Origin: a virus
Taxonomy: Duplodnaviria > Caudoviricetes
DNA length: 30,733 bases
Virus record (IMG/VR): IMGVR_UViG_3300020045_006769
Coordinates: 1-30,733 of that record
Strand: one strand, 5' to 3'
Program-made: the position numbers and the translations under genes
In this document: piece after piece, positions 1 through 7,589 of the stretch
How positions within the stretch are numbered: the first letter of the stretch is position 1
How the letters are laid out: each line of letters opens with the position of its first letter
The notes under the pieces: model-generated
What the model saw: only the letters and a program-made list of their open reading frames with translations
What the model was told of the DNA's origin: nothing
Databases searched by the model: none

Positions 1-1
1 T

Positions 2-229
2 TTAAAAATAGCATATAGGTATCGTGGACTTGATTATTTAGTTGCTGATGCTGCTGGAAATCTATACTTAACGCCTCATTTCCATTATAGAAGAACGGTT
101 TATTTTAAGAAACTTGAACCTTTTGAAAACGGAAACAAAAAGGCAATTAACTATCACAGATCAAACGTTTCTTTTAAACAGCTTCGAGAACGAAAAATAC
201 CGGTTGATGAAACAATTGAAGTTTATTAA
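2..229 (+). CDS. 3' part of a hypothetical protein, truncated by the window start
   Basis: Open frame from base 2 (LKIAYRYRGLDYLVADAAGNLY...ETIEVY) to TAA at 227-229; translated by hand. Confidence 0.55.
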   Translation, partial: LKIAYRYRGLDYLVADAAGNLYLTPHFHYRRTVYFKKLEPFENGNKKAINYHRSNVSFKQLRERKIPVDETIEVY

Positions 230-277
230 ATAGTTCAACTAGAGGAAGTATTCGAACCAAAACCAAACACACCACCC

Positions 278-397
278 ATGAAAGCACTATGTTTCACCTG
301 CGCCACCAATCACCGTACATGCGCTATATTAAAGATACCGGGCATCACCTTAGAACAACTAACCACATGCCCCGATTTTAAGCGAGAAGGATTCTAA
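278..397 (+). CDS. 39-aa Cys-rich small protein
   Basis: ATG at 278 after an A/C-rich leader; MKALCFTCATNHRTCAILKIPGITLEQLTTCPDFKREGF; stop lies just before attC-like site 1. Confidence 0.5.
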   Translation: MKALCFTCATNHRTCAILKIPGITLEQLTTCPDFKREGF

Positions 398-405
398 GCC
401 CTAAC

Positions 406-538
406 CCATAACAGCAAACTATCCGCAAGTCGGGCGGCTGAAAGTATTCGGGCATTGTTAATTCGCTTGTGCGGTATCACAAATCGGACAGGAATCGCAC
501 GTAATCCCGTCCTGCGTATAGTTGCGGGAACGTTAACA
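406..538 (+). repeat. attC-like recombination site 1
   Basis: CCATAAC-A-GCAAACTATCCGCAAGTCGGG ... CCCGTCCTGCGTATAGTTGC-GGGAAC-GTTAACA; imperfect inverted arms, one extra base in the left arm, AAC/GTT ends. Confidence 0.75.
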
Positions 539-544
539 ACAATA

Positions 545-856
545 CTAACAGGCACTCGTCATCGGATTAAAACTATCAGCTTTTTTCTTGTCTGAAAAGA
601 AGTCGATAATTTCTTTGAGATGATCAAGGTCTTTAATTGGTAGTCGTTTCATAATGTCGCAAGTTTTATCGCCTTTCATTCTGACAATTTCTGCGAGTTG
701 TGTTTCTTTCGCCCAATCAATGTAAATTTTCCGAGACAGTTTTAAAGTGATAATGCAATAATCAAAACCGTACTGTTTAAAGTATTGGTTATCGCTGCAA
801 ACTTCTTCTTTAAACCCGAGTGACATAATTTCGTGATACTTGATTTTTTGTTGCAT
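545..856 (-). CDS. hypothetical protein, cargo of cassette A
   Basis: 103-aa ORF filling the space between attC-like sites 1 and 2. Confidence 0.8.
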   Translation of the reverse strand: MQQKIKYHEIMSLGFKEEVCSDNQYFKQYGFDYCIITLKLSRKIYIDWAKETQLAEIVRMKGDKTCDIMKRLPIKDLDHLKEIIDFFSDKKKADSFNPMTSAC

Positions 857-885
857 TTTATTGGTTTTTAGATATTAAGTACTGT

Positions 886-1013
886 TGTTAACTACGGCTA
901 CCAAAAAGTCCGGCAGCATCGGTATTCTGTCGGCTTGGTTACTTATAACGGTTCAGCTACTTGACAGAAAATCGGGGTCTATCCGTCCCTTCTTGTAGCC
1001 TTCAACGTTATAT
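886..1013 (+). repeat. attC-like recombination site 2
   Basis: TGTTAAC-TAC-GGCTACCAAAAAG ... CTTCTTGTAGCC-TTCAAC-GTTATAT; extra C in the left arm. Confidence 0.75.
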
Positions 1014-1015
1014 GG

Positions 1016-1666
1016 CTATTTTAAAAGCCGTTTCAAATTAGTTTTTCGGGCTATGACCGTAAACTTTTCAAGTTCTTTAACAAGCATTGACACTTTTTCG
1101 GCAGATGGTTCAGGTAATTTGTGATTACCGGAATCAGCACCGATATTGACCTGAACAGGTTCACATTGTTTTAAGAGTTCGATAAACCGGAAAAAATCAA
1201 AATCCATTATCGGTTCTATTGTGATGTATAGCGGTTGCCTTATCAATTTCATTTGTTCAACTCTATCAATTGGTTTCGGGCTGTTACGCATTATTTCAGG
1301 ATAAAAAATATTGCTTTCGAGTGTTACGCAAACATTGGATTGTTCAGGTAAAATTCTGCGAATATTTGCAGGGTTTTTAGTCTGGTATAGGTATTTATTA
1401 TCAAACTTTCCACAATGTTTAATCGTGTCCCAAATCCATTCTTCCGGTATGTTTTTAGCGAACATATCACAGGATGAACCAACAAAAATAAAATTGTCAG
1501 TTCCTAAATCTGTTTTCAGTTCCTTTTCGTCAAATCGTACAGGGTTAAGTTTTCCCCACCGTTTCATATAGCAATATGAACAGTCGTGTAAACATTCGCC
1601 TTTGACGGTATTCCATGTATGAGTGACGAAATCATACATATTACCCTTTGAAATATTTAAGCTCAT
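1016..1666 (-). CDS. DUF5131 / phage Gp37-Gp68-like radical-SAM-type protein, cargo of cassette B
   Basis: TWN..KGECLHDCSYCY (CxxxCxxC), FVGSSCDMF, QTKNP, ITIEPI and IGADSG motifs. Confidence 0.8.
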   Translation of the reverse strand: MSLNISKGNMYDFVTHTWNTVKGECLHDCSYCYMKRWGKLNPVRFDEKELKTDLGTDNFIFVGSSCDMFAKNIPEEWIWDTIKHCGKFDNKYLYQTKNPANIRRILPEQSNVCVTLESNIFYPEIMRNSPKPIDRVEQMKLIRQPLYITIEPIMDFDFFRFIELLKQCEPVQVNIGADSGNHKLPEPSAEKVSMLVKELEKFTVIARKTNLKRLLK

Positions 1667-1695
1667 AGTTTTAAATTAAGTGATTAAAAAACAGC

Positions 1696-1791
1696 CAATA
1701 ACGGCAAAATACCCGCAAGCCACGTATCCAGTTTCATAGCATTGACATTGTTTCAAATCGTGTCCTGCGTGTATTTGCAGGAACGTTATTT
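1696..1791 (+). repeat. attC-like recombination site 3
   Basis: CAATAAC-G-GCAAAATACCCGCAAGCCACG ... CGTGTCCTGCGTGTATTTGC-AGGAAC-GTTATTT; arms clearly related to site 1, central part unrelated. Confidence 0.75.
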
Positions 1792-1811
1792 TTTATTTCC
1801 AATAGTCGAAA

Positions 1812-2006
1812 CTAAATGGATTTTTCTTTTTCAATGATTAGCTTTAGTATTTCTATTTCGTATTTGATAAGCATTTCGCCTATCCATTGAGTATTTTTCA
1901 AATCAGTATCAGTCATTTCCGTACCTGAACCGATTTCAAGTGCCATTGTTCCGGCATTTTCAATTCCATTCAATAGGCTTTTTGTAACTCTAAGTTTCTT
2001 TTTCAT
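1812..2006 (-). CDS. hypothetical protein
   Basis: 64-aa ORF co-directional with the early operon. Confidence 0.6.
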   Translation of the reverse strand: MKKKLRVTKSLLNGIENAGTMALEIGSGTEMTDTDLKNTQWIGEMLIKYEIEILKLIIEKEKSI

Positions 2007-2033
2007 TTTGTTTCAGATTGGTCCAAACTCTAA

Positions 2034-3311
2034 CTAAACCGCTACCTGTGCAATCATATTCATGTTGTTCCGCACCAGGCTAATTATCTGGTCGTGATAT
2101 TCGCTGTTTTGGTTGCACAGGCCGCGCGATTGTACAATCTCCATGCGGTCGAGTGCTACCTCAATAGTCTCGATGCGTTTATTTTCCTTCCGGGCCGACA
2201 TGATCAATGAATTGGCTTTGGCGTAATATGAGTTGGTAAATACGCAATGGTGCAGCTCATCGCCTTCTTTCATAAATTCGGCTACATTGTCAAGTACTAC
2301 AATGTTTAAATCGCCTTCCGATAGTTTAATGTCAAAGAATTTCGATTTTTCGAATAGATAATCGACTTGGGCCTGTTCAAGGTGTTTGCGTTTTTTTTCG
2401 GCTGATTCAATCGCTTGTTTTTTCTTCTTTTTCAGCATTAAGCGATCGTGTTCGGCCTTCAGGTTTTTAGGGCATACATAAACGGCATTGCGTATGTCTT
2501 TGCGGAAATAGATCAGCAAATCGAGGTAATCAATCCACATCGAAGCATCTGAAACCGTGTACTTATTACGGATGCAAATTCGTATTGAAGGCCAGCGGTA
2601 ATGTGTTGCCCGGTCGACGCTATACCTCAACAAACTGAATTGTTTTGCCTTCAGGAGTGTTTCGAATTGCTGCGACAGGAGTAATTCAGGGAAAAACTTG
2701 ATTGGCGAAATACAATGAAAATCGCCTTTAAACCCGTTGCGTTTGAATACCGGCAAAATTTGCGCTCCCGGATGCGTTTTCGATGGATATATATTGTGCC
2801 TTAAATTTGCTTTATAACCGCCGCGCGTTTCGCGTACTTTCATTTCTGATGAAAAAGCCCATTGATCGTATGCCATAGATAAACCATTAACCGAGATTGA
2901 CATGGTTGTTGCGTGGCCGTTTTCGTCGATCCAGTGTTGCATAACTTCTTTGGCAAAGTACTCGGCTGGCCAATTCATCGCCAGGCGTTTACTGATCCAA
3001 ATCATGCGTACTACCTGATAGCCTCCGCATGTGGTTACAACAGCCATGTAATCGGCTTCATTACCACGGAAACGGTAATGCTTAATTCGTTTCAGGCGGG
3101 CGTTGCAATTTGGGCAATGCTGTATTTTCCTGTTATGTTCTGGCTTCCATGAGTGGCCGCATTCGAGGCAATACATTTTACCCCGCGACAGATGGGCGTA
3201 TTTCTCCAGGCAATGATCGTAACCCCATTGTATTTGGACCTGAGTAACGGGAGGTAAGCTCCATTTGCTTAACTCTGTTATTTCGGCGGCAAGCTGGTAC
3301 TTTGGCTTCAT
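2034..3311 (-). CDS. PcfJ-like domain protein
   Basis: N-terminal CxxC...CPxC; WIDYLDLL, YVCPKNLKAEHD, EGDELHHCV and ETIEV..QSRG motifs; follows a PcfK-like gene. Confidence 0.88.
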   Translation of the reverse strand: MKPKYQLAAEITELSKWSLPPVTQVQIQWGYDHCLEKYAHLSRGKMYCLECGHSWKPEHNRKIQHCPNCNARLKRIKHYRFRGNEADYMAVVTTCGGYQVVRMIWISKRLAMNWPAEYFAKEVMQHWIDENGHATTMSISVNGLSMAYDQWAFSSEMKVRETRGGYKANLRHNIYPSKTHPGAQILPVFKRNGFKGDFHCISPIKFFPELLLSQQFETLLKAKQFSLLRYSVDRATHYRWPSIRICIRNKYTVSDASMWIDYLDLLIYFRKDIRNAVYVCPKNLKAEHDRLMLKKKKKQAIESAEKKRKHLEQAQVDYLFEKSKFFDIKLSEGDLNIVVLDNVAEFMKEGDELHHCVFTNSYYAKANSLIMSARKENKRIETIEVALDRMEIVQSRGLCNQNSEYHDQIISLVRNNMNMIAQVAV

Positions 3312-3313
3312 GG

Positions 3314-3733
3314 CTAAAAGAGGCTACCTTGTTGAATACTCGCTGTTTCGGCTTTTGGCTCGGCTTTCTTTGGCTCCTGTTTTTTCTGAAGTCTTGCCAG
3401 TTCATCGGCTACTACCTTTTCTTTGGCGGCGGTTCTGGCTTCCTTAATTTCGGTGTCGGTTAATTCAACGGAGTGGTTAACTACTACGCGGCCATTAACC
3501 GGAGCGCCTGCCGCTATCTGGTCCTCATCGTAATAATGAACGGCCATGCCGAAAATCTCGTCATCAGTAAAGCCGTTGCAGCCCGATTTCTGCACGGTGT
3601 TTAAAATGTAGGTGATGCAATCGTCGATGGTTTTACCCTCTTTGGCAAACGATACGGCGAAAAGTTCGTCGGTAGCTGCCCGGCCTTCCAGATAGCTCTG
3701 AATGGTGTTTGTAAATGCTTGCGATGTTTTCAT
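3314..3733 (-). CDS. PcfK-like / AcrIIA9-family protein
   Basis: YLEGRAATDELFAVSFAKEGKTIDDCITYILN..SGCNGFTDDEIFGMAVHYYDED..VVVNH.VELT, ending in SLF. Confidence 0.88.
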   Translation of the reverse strand: MKTSQAFTNTIQSYLEGRAATDELFAVSFAKEGKTIDDCITYILNTVQKSGCNGFTDDEIFGMAVHYYDEDQIAAGAPVNGRVVVNHSVELTDTEIKEARTAAKEKVVADELARLQKKQEPKKAEPKAETASIQQGSLF

Positions 3734-3739
3734 TGTAGT

Positions 3740-3952
3740 TTAGTTTATTAATCCCAATTCTTTAAGCGCTGAAATGAGTGTTACTTCTGTTTCGTTTTCA
3801 ATGATGATCTTACCGTCTTTACATCCGTAATTGTGGCACTTGTTTTTAAATACCTGATTGGCGTGTTTTACTGAGGTGTAACCCGTTCCGCCACATGCTT
3901 TACACATTCGTGTGGCGGTTTCTATGCGTTTTACCCTGAATTCAATTGCCAT
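3740..3952 (-). CDS. small zinc-finger protein
   Basis: CKACGGTG...CHNYGCKDG, resembling DnaJ CxxCxGxG repeats. Confidence 0.65.
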   Translation of the reverse strand: MAIEFRVKRIETATRMCKACGGTGYTSVKHANQVFKNKCHNYGCKDGKIIIENETEVTLISALKELGLIN

Positions 3953-4133
3953 AGTGTTCGGTTGTTTTGCGTTTCCAAATGGAGTCGAGATTTTCGGGCT
4001 TGGTGCATTCGTTGTGTGCCAGTTCCTGACATTCGCCTTTTGGTATTTCGCAACCGTCGCAACAATATGGCGCGGGTCGTTGAGCTGGCTGTTTTACCAG
4101 CTCGTATGTTATACCGTCGTAAATGCGTTCCAT
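3942..4133 (-). CDS. small Cys-rich hypothetical protein
   Basis: 63 aa with CCDGC...C...C; tightly packed in the operon. Confidence 0.6.
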   Translation of the reverse strand: MERIYDGITYELVKQPAQRPAPYCCDGCEIPKGECQELAHNECTKPENLDSIWKRKTTEHYGN

Positions 4134-4136
4134 GGC

Positions 4137-4337
4137 TTAATCTCCGTATGCGTGGTAATTGGCGCGGCGGTCGGCAATGGTTACCGATGTTACCGGCTTA
4201 ATTCGGCCTTCGTGCATGGGTGGAACCGGATAACCCAGCGCCCAATTGTAATGGTGCGGCACATGGCAGTTTACTTTTCCGTTTGCAAATGGCTTGAATT
4301 TGCTCATTACCATTTCGTCTTTAAATTCTCTGGCCAT
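4137..4337 (-). CDS. hypothetical protein
   Basis: 66-aa ORF tiling the operon. Confidence 0.55.
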   Translation of the reverse strand: MAREFKDEMVMSKFKPFANGKVNCHVPHHYNWALGYPVPPMHEGRIKPVTSVTIADRRANYHAYGD

Positions 4338-4341
4338 AGCT

Positions 4342-4656
4342 TTATAGTTTTGTAAGTTTCTGAATGTTGAACTGTTTGGTGTAGTAAGTGTCGCCGGTGT
4401 TTTGGTCTAGCATTTTGCGGCCCTGGTAATTGAGCACGGCCTCCACTTTGTCGCCGTTTTCAATCTCTGGCAGTTGGTTTATTTTGTCGTTCCAAACGGT
4501 GCACTGAAAATAATCGTCGGGGTATTTTGCCTCGTCGAATTCATCGCGTTGTGCAGGTTTCCGGAGTATGATTTCGATATACTTATGCTGGCCGTTTTTC
4601 GAGGCTGTAACCGTGCCAATGCTGTCGATATAAAATTTGTGTGCGGGTAGATACAT
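4342..4656 (-). CDS. OB-fold single-stranded DNA-binding-like protein (DUF3127-like)
   Basis: DYFQCTVWNDKI...GDKVEAVLNYQGR...YYT pattern typical of SSB. Confidence 0.65.
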   Translation of the reverse strand: MYLPAHKFYIDSIGTVTASKNGQHKYIEIILRKPAQRDEFDEAKYPDDYFQCTVWNDKINQLPEIENGDKVEAVLNYQGRKMLDQNTGDTYYTKQFNIQKLTKL

Positions 4657-4658
4657 AA

Positions 4659-4922
4659 CTATTGAATTTCTGATGGATTGATGGATTGATTTTTTAGGCG
4701 TTTAATCTCGGTGGCGAGTAAATAGTATTCGGCGACTTTTTTACCGTTTTTGAGTTCTTTCATTTGGCGCTGTATGCTTATGCCTTCAGCACGTAAATCG
4801 TAAATTCTGGCGCCCAGGCGCATACATTCGTAAAAGTTAAGGGCTTCAATGGGCGTTATCTTTTCGCCACTGAGCAGGTGAGCGCGTATTTGCTCGCATT
4901 GGGTAATGGTGGGTTCTGGCAT
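4659..4922 (-). CDS. phage winged helix-turn-helix protein
   Basis: TQCEQIRAHLLSGEKITPIEAL..CMRLGARIYDLR.EG.SI...VAEYYL. Confidence 0.8.
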   Translation of the reverse strand: MPEPTITQCEQIRAHLLSGEKITPIEALNFYECMRLGARIYDLRAEGISIQRQMKELKNGKKVAEYYLLATEIKRLKNQSINPSEIQ

Positions 4923-4924
4923 GG

Positions 4925-5485
4925 CTATCCGAATAAAGTATCGTTTATTATTTTAGGCATCAAAATTGCTTCCTGTCCGTCTATGCCAGGGCAGTCGATT
5001 AAGATGGCTGTGTTTATTCCTGTAAACTGCATCCGTAGGTTGTTCGATGGGTTGTAAATGGCTTTTGCCAGGCGCGATAAATGTTCCGGATTAAGACCAA
5101 TAAATGTTAAACCTGTTATTCCTTTACGGGTTAACATCGCTTCAAAATTTGGTGTTTTTTCGCCCAACGAATCGAAATACCCAAAAAAGGCGGTTTGGCC
5201 TGAAGTTGATTTACAATACAATCCTTCATCGTTTGCCTCAACAATATCGAACGACATAATCACTTTGTACGAATCGCGGTGAATAGCTTTTCCATCGAGG
5301 TTTTCTTTGTTGATTACTGAATGAAGATCGAGTGTTTGCTTAATCATTATAAAACCATCGGAGGCATACGCAAATCCGTTTAAAAAGTGGATGCACTGCA
5401 TCATTGGGCGCAGTTCGTCGTTGGCGCAACATTCGTACAACTTGGTTGTGAATGTTTGTTTGGATGTTTTTTCAGTTTGAGCCAT
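4925..5485 (-). CDS. sliding-clamp (DnaN) domain-like phage protein
   Basis: CANDELRPMMQCIHF..AYASDG, PNFEAM, LNPEHL and terminal AILMP echo the central and C-terminal clamp domains. Confidence 0.6.
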   Translation of the reverse strand: MAQTEKTSKQTFTTKLYECCANDELRPMMQCIHFLNGFAYASDGFIMIKQTLDLHSVINKENLDGKAIHRDSYKVIMSFDIVEANDEGLYCKSTSGQTAFFGYFDSLGEKTPNFEAMLTRKGITGLTFIGLNPEHLSRLAKAIYNPSNNLRMQFTGINTAILIDCPGIDGQEAILMPKIINDTLFG

Positions 5486-5497
5486 TGGAGTTAATTA

Positions 5498-5668
5498 TTA
5501 GTTATTAGTTATTATGTCGTCGTCAACTTCGGAATAAATACAGTGAATATCGGTTGGTAATACGCCTAATTGCTGCGATAAATCGGTTTTAAATTCGGCA
5601 AAATCTTCTAGGTCGTTAACAATGATCTGCGTGTTCAGGATGGTTATTTTTGTTACTTTTAAAATCAT
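5498..5668 (-). CDS. 56-aa acidic hypothetical protein (not in the ORF track)
   Basis: MILKVTKITILNTQIIVNDLEDFAEFK...DDDIITNN, translated by hand; fills the gap between neighbours. Confidence 0.5.
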   Translation of the reverse strand: MILKVTKITILNTQIIVNDLEDFAEFKTDLSQQLGVLPTDIHCIYSEVDDDIITNN

Positions 5669-6242
5669 GATGTGTATTTTTGGTTAAAAATTCAGTTATC
5701 TTTTGAATAATCATTTTTTGGCGGACGGTGGTTGGTTTTGTTGCTTCAATAAAATGCGACTTATACAACCTACATACTTCGCCCGAGAATCCGAATGTTT
5801 GTAATGTTTGTATGTTGTTATGGTGCATCCTGTCCAATTGATTTGTATGCTTGCTATTATATGTTGTTTCGTCGGGTTGGTCGCTCAGTTCGCTTAACTC
5901 GCAAAAGGTGGCAACCTCAACGCATTTGCCCGATGTGCCTATTACTTTCTGCCCTACCGTATTTTTTCGGAATGAGGCAAAGCGCGATCCGGCATTTACT
6001 TTTATCATTTTCAGCACAAACTTATCGAGCTCGGTGGTGGCCCGCCCGTTTACTATTTTGCGGGTTTCGCGGCTCATCAGGTCGGCCAGTTTACTTTCTG
6101 GCTTGCGCATCAGGTCGGCAATTATGTCGTTCATCAAATCGCATTCCCAGCCTTCGAGGTGCTGAACCCTGCACTGGTGGCGTGCATAATCCATCCAGTT
6201 GGGGTATCGAAAGCCGATGTATGCGGTGATGGTTGCGTTCAT
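5616..6242 (-). CDS. hypothetical protein, possible sigma-like regulator
   Basis: 208-aa ORF; helical N-terminus RYPNWMDYA..DLMNDII loosely resembles sigma region 2. Confidence 0.6.
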   Translation of the reverse strand: MNATITAYIGFRYPNWMDYARHQCRVQHLEGWECDLMNDIIADLMRKPESKLADLMSRETRKIVNGRATTELDKFVLKMIKVNAGSRFASFRKNTVGQKVIGTSGKCVEVATFCELSELSDQPDETTYNSKHTNQLDRMHHNNIQTLQTFGFSGEVCRLYKSHFIEATKPTTVRQKMIIQKITEFLTKNTHHDFKSNKNNHPEHADHC

Positions 6243-6464
6243 TTATTGTTTTTGTGTAAATCCGCAAACGATGCAGGCTTCGTAATTGCCGCCGTGGGTG
6301 TGCCCGTCGGGCGTAAACTGGTGGCGGCATATTACCTGAAGGCTTAACCTGGCAGCGCTCAACTCGCGGCGGCGTTTTTCAATCTGGTGTAACTCCTGAT
6401 CGATGCGAAATACCGTGCATTTAATGTGGTCGTCCATTAATTCCGGATCGATGTCTAATTGCAT
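6243..6464 (-). CDS. coiled-coil plus zinc-ribbon small protein
   Basis: Probable start ATG 6464 (MQLDIDPE) after an A/C-rich leader; CRH...CIVCG at the C-terminus. Confidence 0.65.
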   Translation of the reverse strand: MQLDIDPELMDDHIKCTVFRIDQELHQIEKRRRELSAARLSLQVICRHQFTPDGHTHGGNYEACIVCGFTQKQ

Positions 6465-6652
6465 GGCTGGCGCTTGTTTGGTGGTTGTGGTTTGGTTCTG
6501 TTGGCTCCATACATGAAAGCGCAAACTATTAAAACCAAAATCAGCCAAATAATTAATGCTGTTATCATTGCGTAAGGTTTTAAAATGTTGCGCCCGTGAC
6601 GTACCTCGCGGACCAATCAGGCGCAACTATTGAAATTGTTAAAAGAATATCG

Positions 6653-6725
6653 TAGCAAGTACAGGATTCGAACCTGTGACCTCGGGATTATGAAACCCGC
6701 GAGCTGACCGCTGCTCTAACTTGCA
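6653..6725 (-). tRNA. tRNA with CAT anticodon, initiator (fMet)-like; CCA not encoded
   Basis: TGCAAGT TA GAGC AGCGGTCA GCTC G CGGGT TTCATAA TCCCG AGGTC ACAGG TTCGAAT CCTGT ACTTGCT A folds as a cloverleaf; unpaired 1:72 and A11:U24 pair. Confidence 0.88.
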
Positions 6726-6733
6726 ATGTGCTT

Positions 6734-6961
6734 TTATTTTTCGGTGTCAAATTTTAGGAGGCGTACTTCGGCGATTTGGCGCATGTGGTGTTCGTCGATC
6801 TGGTATTTTGCGGCGATGGTTGCCATGTTCTCGTTTATCGAGCTGTTTACGTTTTTCACTATTTCGGTAACGGCGTCCATTACTTCGCGGGCTTCGGTTA
6901 CTGCATCGAAAACGGCTTTGGCTGTTTCGGCCTGGCTACGTGGTTGTTTTGTATTTTCCAT
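6734..6961 (-). CDS. hypothetical coiled-coil protein
   Basis: 75-aa ORF with TGATG coupling to the upstream gene. Confidence 0.65.
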   Translation of the reverse strand: MENTKQPRSQAETAKAVFDAVTEAREVMDAVTEIVKNVNSSINENMATIAAKYQIDEHHMRQIAEVRLLKFDTEK

Positions 6962-7116
6962 CAGGCTTTAAATGTTTTTTTGTTGAATAATACCACGGCC
7001 AACAGGGTTAATGGCAAGGCTATGGCTAACTGGTGGGTGGCTCCGGTAATTACTCCGGCATAGGCTGCCCCGGCTAATGCGGTGCAAATTGTTGCGGTGA
7101 TTCGTGATCCTTTCAT
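6961..7116 (-). CDS. small two-helix membrane protein
   Basis: Probable start ATG 7116 (MKGSRITATICTALAGAA...LTLLAVVLF). Confidence 0.55.
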   Translation of the reverse strand: MKGSRITATICTALAGAAYAGVITGATHQLAIALPLTLLAVVLFNKKTFKA

Positions 7117-7118
7117 GG

Positions 7119-7265
7119 TTAGGCAAGTGTTATAACGGTGGCGTACTTCAAAATCAAGACTAAACACGAAACAAAACTGATGATTAGCGCAAATACAATC
7201 GTGCAAAAAATGGCGGTGGTTACGTTTTCATTTTTGCTCATCCAATTTGTGATTGTTGTTTTCAT
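7119..7265 (-). CDS. 48-aa membrane protein (not in the ORF track)
   Basis: MKTTITNWMSKNENVTTAIFCTIVFALIISFVSCLVLILKYATVITLA, translated by hand; stop lies just upstream of the next ATG. Confidence 0.55.
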   Translation of the reverse strand: MKTTITNWMSKNENVTTAIFCTIVFALIISFVSCLVLILKYATVITLA

Positions 7266-7318
7266 TGTTTTAAATATTGAAGGATTGATTTAAATCTGTT
7301 CTTCGGGTTATTCAGTAT

Positions 7319-7576
7319 TTATGCCGCATGTTTTTTGGCGCGGCGGCGGGCTTCTTTTTCGTAGCCTTTTAGCTTGTGGCGGCGTGGTGTATAAATAGCC
7401 TGGTCGTTCCATACTTGCATCATTTGGCGGTTGCCGGTGCCAACGTATTTACCGTCGTTGCGTTTTGGGTTCTGGTTGCGGTATGCTGCCCGGCGCTCGT
7501 GGCGGTTAGGTTTGCGCTTGTTTGTTTTTGGGCTGAATGAGGGCTGTGCTGATGTTGTAGGTGTTTCGGTGTTCAT
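7319..7576 (-). CDS. basic Arg/Lys-rich protein
   Basis: KRKPNRHERRAAYR and EARRRAKK tracts. Confidence 0.65.
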   Translation of the reverse strand: MNTETPTTSAQPSFSPKTNKRKPNRHERRAAYRNQNPKRNDGKYVGTGNRQMMQVWNDQAIYTPRRHKLKGYEKEARRRAKKHAA

Positions 7577-7589
7577 TGTAGTGTAGTTT

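Noticed and set aside
405-1791. CRISPR array or simple terminators as an explanation of the repeats
   Set aside because: The units are about 95-135 bp imperfect hairpins separated by whole genes, with no constant repeat-spacer period and no GC stem plus U tract.
4660-5516. Short tandem repeats (TGATGGAT near 4670-4690; TTATTAG near 5495-5513) as a replication origin
   Set aside because: Only two or three degenerate copies at gene ends, with no adjacent initiator gene.
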